Virus record (IMG/VR): IMGVR_UViG_3300048586_000294
Coordinates: 184-64,183 of that record
DNA length: 64,000 bases
Direction: 5' to 3' (one strand)
DNA from: a virus
Taxonomy: Duplodnaviria; Caudoviricetes
A program made the translations under genes and the position numbers. Under the pieces are notes generated by a model. It was not told where the DNA came from and made no database searches. It saw only the letters and a program-made list of their open reading frames with translations. Shown in pieces: positions 58,018-64,000 of this stretch; within the stretch, counting starts at the first letter, position 1; each line of letters opens with the position of its first letter.

Positions 58018-58217
58018 TGGCGTCTCCCCCCTTCGTTCAATTCAAGAAGACCCACAAGGAACTCAAGATCATGTGTGAAGAGTGCGGCGTGGTGTTCACT
58101 CAGATGACCGAAGAGATCCGACCAAGGGCATTCGTGACATGCCCATGTGGCCGGTCATCCTTTGACTGGGGGGATGGGTACTACACCCGTTCCATCGGCA
58201 AAGCGAAGCGAATGTAA
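58017..58217 (+). CDS. Small Zn-ribbon protein
   Basis: CEEC...CPC; TAATG coupling. Confidence 0.6.
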   Translation: MASPPFVQFKKTHKELKIMCEECGVVFTQMTEEIRPRAFVTCPCGRSSFDWGDGYYTRSIGKAKRM

Positions 58218-58232
58218 CTCAGCGTTAGCAAC

Positions 58233-58258
58233 GGGGGCCAGAACGGCCCCCTTTTTTT
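58233..58258 (+). terminator. Intrinsic terminator
   Basis: GGGGGCC-AGAAC-GGCCCCC-TTTTTTT. Confidence 0.75.
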
Positions 58259-58271
58259 ATGTCATGGAGAT

Positions 58272-59495
58272 ATGAAAATGAACTCGACTGATTTGGTAAT
58301 TGAGTGCAACGCGCCCGAGCAGGCCAAGGACAGCAAGGAAGATAGCCAAGGTCTGGGCCTACCCAAGTTCAACCTCCAGTTGTTCGAGTACAAGCACAAT
58401 GACCCTCATGTGTACGGCGTAGCCATGTCTGCCAAAAACAAGGTGACGATTAGCCCGATGGGTTCCCATGCCAAGAGCATCCTGAAACGGGCGCTGATTG
58501 GCGTGGATGACAGCCGCTGGTTGGGTGGCCGTGTCCATGGCCTGCTCGATGCCAACGACTTGGTACGGGCCTATCAAGGCGAGGATGACGTGTACCGGCA
58601 GCGTACCAAAGACCCCGAGCTTGATACCGCAGTGACCTTGCTGATCGACATGAGCGGTAGCATGAAGGGCGAGCGGATTGAATGGGCCACCAAGACTGCG
58701 CTGATGTTGGGTGATGCACTCGACTCGCTGGGGGTGCCGCTGGAGATCCTGGGGCACACCACCATGGCCCTGCATAACTACGCGCTCTATCCCAAGGGGG
58801 ATGTGGATCAGGTGTTCGAGTTTGCCAACACCAACCGCCACCCAGAGCTTGCCCAGTTTAAGTTTCAGAACGCCGACCAGACGGGCAAGCGGTTGAAGGG
58901 AGGGCGCAGTGGCAAGGTGGTCGAACGGCTGGCTATCAAGGCGTATGAGCGGTATGTACTGGGTCATTCTCTGAGCGCTGAAGAGGTACACGCACTGGGC
59001 TGTGCGTTGACGAGTGCCCCAAGGTACATCTCATCGGACCCGTTGGTGATGTTTAATTTGCTAGGGTTTGGGGTGAGGATTAGAAACGCCCGAGATGTGA
59101 TCGAAAGGTTGCCATATTTAGTGGGTGTGTATGGAGAAAATAATATAGATCCGAGAGCTATTGAATTTGCAGTCAATAGAATTAAGGTCTGTAAACAGAA
59201 GCGGAAAATAATTTTAATGCTATGTGACGGCATCCCATATGCGCGTGGGATGTTATCTAAATCATTGAATAACTACACTGTTGCCGCCACGATCGAGGCA
59301 CAGAAACAAGATGTAACAATTATTGCCATCGGGTTCGGGGAATCTAAAGTTGCAGAGTTTTTCCATAATCATGTAGCATTAGGCTCAATCGGGCAGATGG
59401 AGGATGTTGTTCTTTCTGTTGTCAGAAAAGTGTTAAGGGCGTCACAAACCGGCTCGAAGTGTACTATGGTTGGTGGTGCGGGGATGAGAGTATGA
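58272..59495 (+). CDS. CobT-like vWA (MIDAS) domain protein
   Basis: AVTLLIDMSGSM, ILMLCDG.P; partner of the upstream AAA+ ATPase. Confidence 0.82.
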   Translation: MKMNSTDLVIECNAPEQAKDSKEDSQGLGLPKFNLQLFEYKHNDPHVYGVAMSAKNKVTISPMGSHAKSILKRALIGVDDSRWLGGRVHGLLDANDLVRAYQGEDDVYRQRTKDPELDTAVTLLIDMSGSMKGERIEWATKTALMLGDALDSLGVPLEILGHTTMALHNYALYPKGDVDQVFEFANTNRHPELAQFKFQNADQTGKRLKGGRSGKVVERLAIKAYERYVLGHSLSAEEVHALGCALTSAPRYISSDPLVMFNLLGFGVRIRNARDVIERLPYLVGVYGENNIDPRAIEFAVNRIKVCKQKRKIILMLCDGIPYARGMLSKSLNNYTVAATIEAQKQDVTIIAIGFGESKVAEFFHNHVALGSIGQMEDVVLSVVRKVLRASQTGSKCTMVGGAGMRV

Positions 59496-59698
59496 AGGCG
59501 AGACCGACTCTAAAGATCAGGCTTAGCTGGATTAGGATGGCCCCCTCACACAGGCGGAGTCTTGTAAAGAACCCCAATTGGTGGGTTCTTGTCGCCCTGC
59601 GGGTCAAGGCAGGCGTGAAAATAGAGGATGCAATCAGCCAAGTTGAGAGTGAGTGCGAGGCTAGATTTGCAGCTTTGCGAAAAGCTAATGGAGTTTAA
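59492..59698 (+). CDS. Hypothetical protein
   Basis: ATGA overlap with the vWA gene. Confidence 0.5.
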   Translation: MKARPTLKIRLSWIRMAPSHRRSLVKNPNWWVLVALRVKAGVKIEDAISQVESECEARFAALRKANGV

Positions 59699-60254
59699 GA
59701 TGGGTGATTTAGAACTAGAACAAATCCTGCACAAGTTTCAAGGTTTGGAACTGCAAAACCGCGTTTTGGATAAGAAGTTTTCCAACCTCATGGAAGACCA
59801 TTCCAAGGCGATGGACACCATAAGGCAGCTCGAAGCGGGTCTGTCTGAAATGAAGCATCAGTTAGCTGCATTTGGCGCAGCTCCATCCCATGATAACGAC
59901 TCGCTACGTGTCCTTAGTGATTTGACCCCACGCCAGCATGTGATCCTGCAATTGTTTATTGAAGGATTTAACTACGACCAGATGGCTAATCGGATTGGTG
60001 TTTCAATCAACACGATCAAGACGCAAGCCAAAGCCATTAGAACCAAGTGGGGTGTCGATAATCGCTCCGACCTGATATTCAAGGCGCGCCGTGCAATTGG
60101 TAGCGTTGCCGATAATGTCTATGTCGAGATCAGCGGCGGCTTGCCGAAGAACTGGGGTGAAGAGTACGCTCACTTGGCCAAGGAAGAAGACCCGAACTAT
60201 GTGTTGTACCGGCCAAGCAAAGGGAGAGGTGCAGGACATGGCGAAGAAGACTGA
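59688..60254 (+). CDS. LuxR-type HTH transcriptional regulator with N-terminal coiled coil
   Basis: LTPRQHVILQLFIEGFNYDQMANRIGVSINTIKTQAKAIRTKWGVDNRSDL. Confidence 0.85.
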   Translation: MEFKMGDLELEQILHKFQGLELQNRVLDKKFSNLMEDHSKAMDTIRQLEAGLSEMKHQLAAFGAAPSHDNDSLRVLSDLTPRQHVILQLFIEGFNYDQMANRIGVSINTIKTQAKAIRTKWGVDNRSDLIFKARRAIGSVADNVYVEISGGLPKNWGEEYAHLAKEEDPNYVLYRPSKGRGAGHGEED

Positions 60255-61092
60255 TAGCAGGGGACGTGCCACACACACGTCCTCGCCAACCATGGCACAC
60301 GCTGCCGAACGTTATCTCTCCGATAGAGAAAGGTCAAAATCGACCTCCCATATCGTTTCGAAACTGGCCCCTTTCTGGGGTCAGTTTCGTTTGGAGGAGG
60401 TGACGCAGCGGGTGATGGATGATTATGCCAAGGGATTGGCTGACATGGCCCAGGCGACAAGGGCAAGGATGTGCAGGCAGGCTCGCACGGTGTACCTGTT
60501 TGGCTGCCGTGAGTTTGACCTTGCGCCCAAGGGGATCAAGGTGCCGACCGAGGGCAGGCACAGGGTCGAGTTCCTGACCAAGGAGGAGCTGGCCAAGTTG
60601 TTGGAGGGGCTCACGGATGAAGCCAGAGCCATTGCAACCTTCATGGTGTATACCGGTGCACGGTACTGCGAGGCCCGACTGGTTGAAGCTGATGACCTCA
60701 AGCAGATGGGCACGGCATTGATGTGCCGACTGCGCCACAGGAAGGGACGTGAGACGATTTGGCGCGAACGCTGGGTGCCGGTACACCCACAGGTGGAAGA
60801 CGCTATTCGGCTGCACGGTAGCGCGACCGGTGTACTTTGGCGCAATGGTCTGGGTCAACAGTGGCACCAAGATGCAGCTTCGCTTCGCAACCAAATGAAA
60901 CGGGTGTCGGCCAAGCTTGGGTTTGAGGCTCGGCCTCATGTGCTGCGGCATACCTTCGGGACGCTACTGGCCAATGAGGGGGGAGACCTGCGGATACTGG
61001 CGGAACTGATGGGTCATGCCAGCTTGCAGCAAACCCGAAGCTATATTAATGCAGGCAATCAGGAGGCGGCCAAACTGGTCGGGAAGTTATGA
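60238..61092 (+). CDS. Second tyrosine recombinase (short, no obvious arm-binding domain)
   Basis: YTGARYCE, PHVLRHTF, LMGH, RSY. Confidence 0.9.
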   Translation: MAKKTDSRGRATHTSSPTMAHAAERYLSDRERSKSTSHIVSKLAPFWGQFRLEEVTQRVMDDYAKGLADMAQATRARMCRQARTVYLFGCREFDLAPKGIKVPTEGRHRVEFLTKEELAKLLEGLTDEARAIATFMVYTGARYCEARLVEADDLKQMGTALMCRLRHRKGRETIWRERWVPVHPQVEDAIRLHGSATGVLWRNGLGQQWHQDAASLRNQMKRVSAKLGFEARPHVLRHTFGTLLANEGGDLRILAELMGHASLQQTRSYINAGNQEAAKLVGKL

Positions 61093-61115
61093 TGACAGGG
61101 AAGCAGAATGCAGAA

Positions 61116-61136
61116 AGGGCTCCATGATGGAGCCCT
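61116..61136. terminator. Terminator hairpin between recombinase and tRNA
   Basis: AGGGCTCCA-TGA-TGGAGCCCT. Confidence 0.65.
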
Positions 61137-61148
61137 CCTTACTGAATA

Positions 61149-61225
61149 TGGTCGGTGTGAGAGGATTCGAACCTCCGACCCTCAACACCCCATGCTGATG
61201 CGCTACCTGGCTGCGCTACACACCG
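61149..61225 (-). tRNA. tRNA-Pro(GGG), complete
   Basis: CGGTGTG acceptor stem, D arm, TCAGC-ATGGGGT-GTTGA anticodon arm, GGTTCGAATCC T arm, CCA end. Confidence 0.95.
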
Positions 61226-61359
61226 ACGTATCTATCATCTTTGATAAACGAGGGGGGTGGTTAGATAAACCATCTCGTTTAGATGCTGCTAGATAAAATC
61301 TGATAAGCTAGGTTATGTTTTTAATTACATTTCATAGCTTTACGTCAAGTTCTCAACTC

Positions 61360-61399
61360 CACCCCATGCAGATGCGCTACCTGGCTGCGCTACACACCG
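61360..61399 (-). pseudogene. 5' half of tRNA-Pro(GGG), truncated just after the anticodon loop (att junction)
   Basis: 61360-61402 matches 61186-61228 with a single mismatch in the anticodon stem. Confidence 0.85.
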
Positions 61400-61427
61400 A
61401 CGAGGTCAGTTCGAGCTGACGAAAGGG

Positions 61428-61456
61428 AGTCTAATGATATGGATTGGTTGGTGCAA
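61428..61456 (-). promoter_or_regulatory. Sigma70-type promoter of the host tRNA-Pro
   Basis: TTGCAC-N17-TAGACT with upstream A-tract. Confidence 0.7.
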
Positions 61457-61785
61457 CTCCTTTTTTATCAGGGAGATGCCGACTGCTTCTTTATTGTGCA
61501 ACCAAGATGTAGCTTGGGGCTGCAGGTGAGATTTGGCATAATCGCCGCCCCGTGTTGTGGTGCGCGCAGCCACTGCCAGGCGCGCAGCCTCGCCGGGTGA
61601 TCATGCTCGTTGTCATCACCCGCCGGGCAGGGACCTGTCCCGGAGAACCACATCCGCATAAAGAGAAGAGACGGATGAGCGCCATCAGTCAGGCCGGGAG
61701 GCAGGGCAAACCGTCATGAACATGCTGTCGAGAGAGGACAAGGGCGTGGAACTATCAGAAGTCGTACCGTGCTTGGGGTATAGCG

Positions 61786-62631
<846 letters not shown>

Positions 62632-62770
62632 GGCCAACGGGGGGGAGCCGCCTTGCCCCGCGTTTGATGCCTTCATATATCCCCATATAAAACAGATGGT
62701 TAGCACTGCTGATTGCCCACAACATCCTGCCTGAATGCCCCTCAAAATAGCCTATTCGCAGAGGGCCTTG

Positions 62771-62804
62771 ATGTAACAAAACTGTCATGCAACCGCCATA
62801 TAAT
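62771..62804 (+). promoter_or_regulatory. Pho box and -10 element
   Basis: ATGTAAC-AAAA-CTGTCAT-GCAA-CCGCCAT with 11-bp period, then TATAAT. Confidence 0.75.
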
Positions 62805-62835
62805 GCCGCCAAGCTAGCGCACATTGAGGTCTTGC

Positions 62836-64000
62836 ATGTCATCGGAATCGATAAACTTGGGTATGGCGGGCAGTAGAAAGCGCCGTATCAAGGATAAGTT
62901 GGCCAAGTACGGGGTCACCGCAGGTGGTGCCCTGGTGCTGGTGGCCCTGTTGCTCATTTTCTTCTACCTGCTCTATGTGGTGAAACCCATCTTCAATGGT
63001 GCCACGATGGAGCCGACCGCGTCGTTTACGCTGCCCCTTGAGGGCAAGACGGCCTGGCTTGGGGTAGAGGAGCAGAACGAGATTGGCTATCGCTTCAGCG
63101 ACAAGGGGCTGGTCAACTTCTTCGCCGTCCAGGGGGATGGCAAGGTCAAGGTGGGGCAGGCCCTGGGTCAGGCCCAGGTTGCCGGCGACATCACTACGGT
63201 CGCGTCACCCGCGCCGGGTCAGAAGCTCATCGCTTACGGTTTTGCCGATGGCACAGCGCTGGTGATGCAGCCCTACTTCAAGGTCTCCTATCCCAACGAT
63301 GTGCGGGTCATAGAACCCAGCCTGCAGTATCCCTTCGGTGAAACACCAGTGGTGATTGATCCGCAAGGAAAAGCGTTGCAGCTGATGGTGTTCGCGGCGA
63401 CCAAGGAGAAGATGGCCACCGCCGCTGTGACCGAGGATGGTCGCGGCGTGATGACGGTGATGACCGGCGAGGAAAATTTCCTCTCCGGCGAGGTGGAGTG
63501 GAGCGTCCAGAACTACAGCATTCCCTCCCTGCCGCGTCATGTGGATCAGCTGTTGCTGACCCCCAATCTGCGCATCCTGTTCGTGCGTGACGGCAACCGC
63601 CTCTCTGTCTACGACATCCACAACCTCAATGACATCTCCCTGCGCAACGTCATGGAGATCAATGCCCCCAATGCCAACGTGACCCGGGTTGAGCTGCTCT
63701 CCGGTGCCTCCTCCCTGCTGGTGGGCAACGACAACGGCGTCATCTCCCAGTGGTTTGAAGTGGCCAAGGATGGCAAGCGCCAGTTCACCCAAATTCGTGA
63801 CTTCAAGGGCGATGGCCCTGTGGATCTGCTCACCCCGGAGCACTTTCGCAAGGGCTTCATCAGTGCAGGCAGTGATGGCACCGTCAGCTTCTTCCACGCC
63901 ACCGGCGAGACCAAGCTGCTGAGCGAGAAGGTCGAGGGCGGCCCCTTGTCGGCCCTGGCCATCTCGCCACGCCACAACGTGCTGCTGATGCAGCAGGAGG
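62836..64000 (+). CDS. pstC: Phosphate ABC transporter permease, long PstC type (runs off the window)
   Basis: MSSES...KRRIKDKLAKYGVTAGGALVLVALLLIFFYL then a soluble domain; Pho box upstream; absent from the ORF track because no stop falls in the window. Confidence 0.8.
   Translation, partial: MSSESINLGMAGSRKRRIKDKLAKYGVTAGGALVLVALLLIFFYLLYVVKPIFNGATMEPTASFTLPLEGKTAWLGVEEQNEIGYRFSDKGLVNFFAVQGDGKVKVGQALGQAQVAGDITTVASPAPGQKLIAYGFADGTALVMQPYFKVSYPNDVRVIEPSLQYPFGETPVVIDPQGKALQLMVFAATKEKMATAAVTEDGRGVMTVMTGEENFLSGEVEWSVQNYSIPSLPRHVDQLLLTPNLRILFVRDGNRLSVYDIHNLNDISLRNVMEINAPNANVTRVELLSGASSLLVGNDNGVISQWFEVAKDGKRQFTQIRDFKGDGPVDLLTPEHFRKGFISAGSDGTVSFFHATGETKLLSEKVEGGPLSALAISPRHNVLLMQQE

Larger units (their letters stand above)
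1..61368. mobile_element. Integrated temperate podovirus-like prophage (left boundary outside window; right boundary in tRNA-Pro anticodon arm)
   Basis: Contiguous integrase, replication, terminase, portal, capsid, tail, ejection and lysis genes; ends at a duplicated tRNA-Pro segment, after which host genes (tadA, pstC) resume. Confidence 0.93.

Noticed and set aside
56414-59495. Cobalamin biosynthesis auxiliary metabolic genes
   Set aside because: No cobN or other cob genes; a generic AAA+/vWA pair is the more parsimonious reading
63205-63975. 256-aa minus-strand ORF
   Set aside because: Antisense shadow of pstC, which is open on the plus strand to the window end

Overview
About 61 kb of the window is one apparently intact temperate podovirus-type prophage. 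Its left att lies beyond the window start, and its right end is in a tRNA-Pro(GGG) locus at ~61.36 kb. Host genes tadA and a long pstC-type phosphate permease follow; the high-GC gammaproteobacterial host is probably Aeromonas, which is inference only. From left to right the prophage has: a tyrosine integrase; a replication/recombination module (Rha, Holliday resolvase, primase-polymerase/helicase, Sak4-like ATPase, SSB, Cas4-like exonuclease); a long minus-strand late region (terminases, portal, tail fibre, holin, lysins, scaffold, capsid, tail, four ejection proteins including a 3070-aa polyvalent protein); a plus-strand early region (small genes, C5 methyltransferase, AAA+/vWA pair, Hha-like, LuxR-like); and a second tyrosine recombinase. 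Notable unannotated structure: (i) a phage-specific late promoter-like motif GGACGAH-N18-nAnnnT repeated eight times upstream of late genes; (ii) a covarying CCC-TAAA-GGG hairpin plus TTMAATCWTGGG motif three times in the early region, with a repeated hairpin/RBS cassette junction; (iii) a phage-encoded H-NS plus Hha pair; (iv) integration that seems to break the host tRNA-Pro and supply a whole replacement tRNA; (v) an IS5-end-bounded Ig/beta-propeller lipoprotein cargo between holin and lysin; (vi) a chain of translationally coupled truncated tadA copies. All product calls come from motif recognition by eye; no database searches were run.
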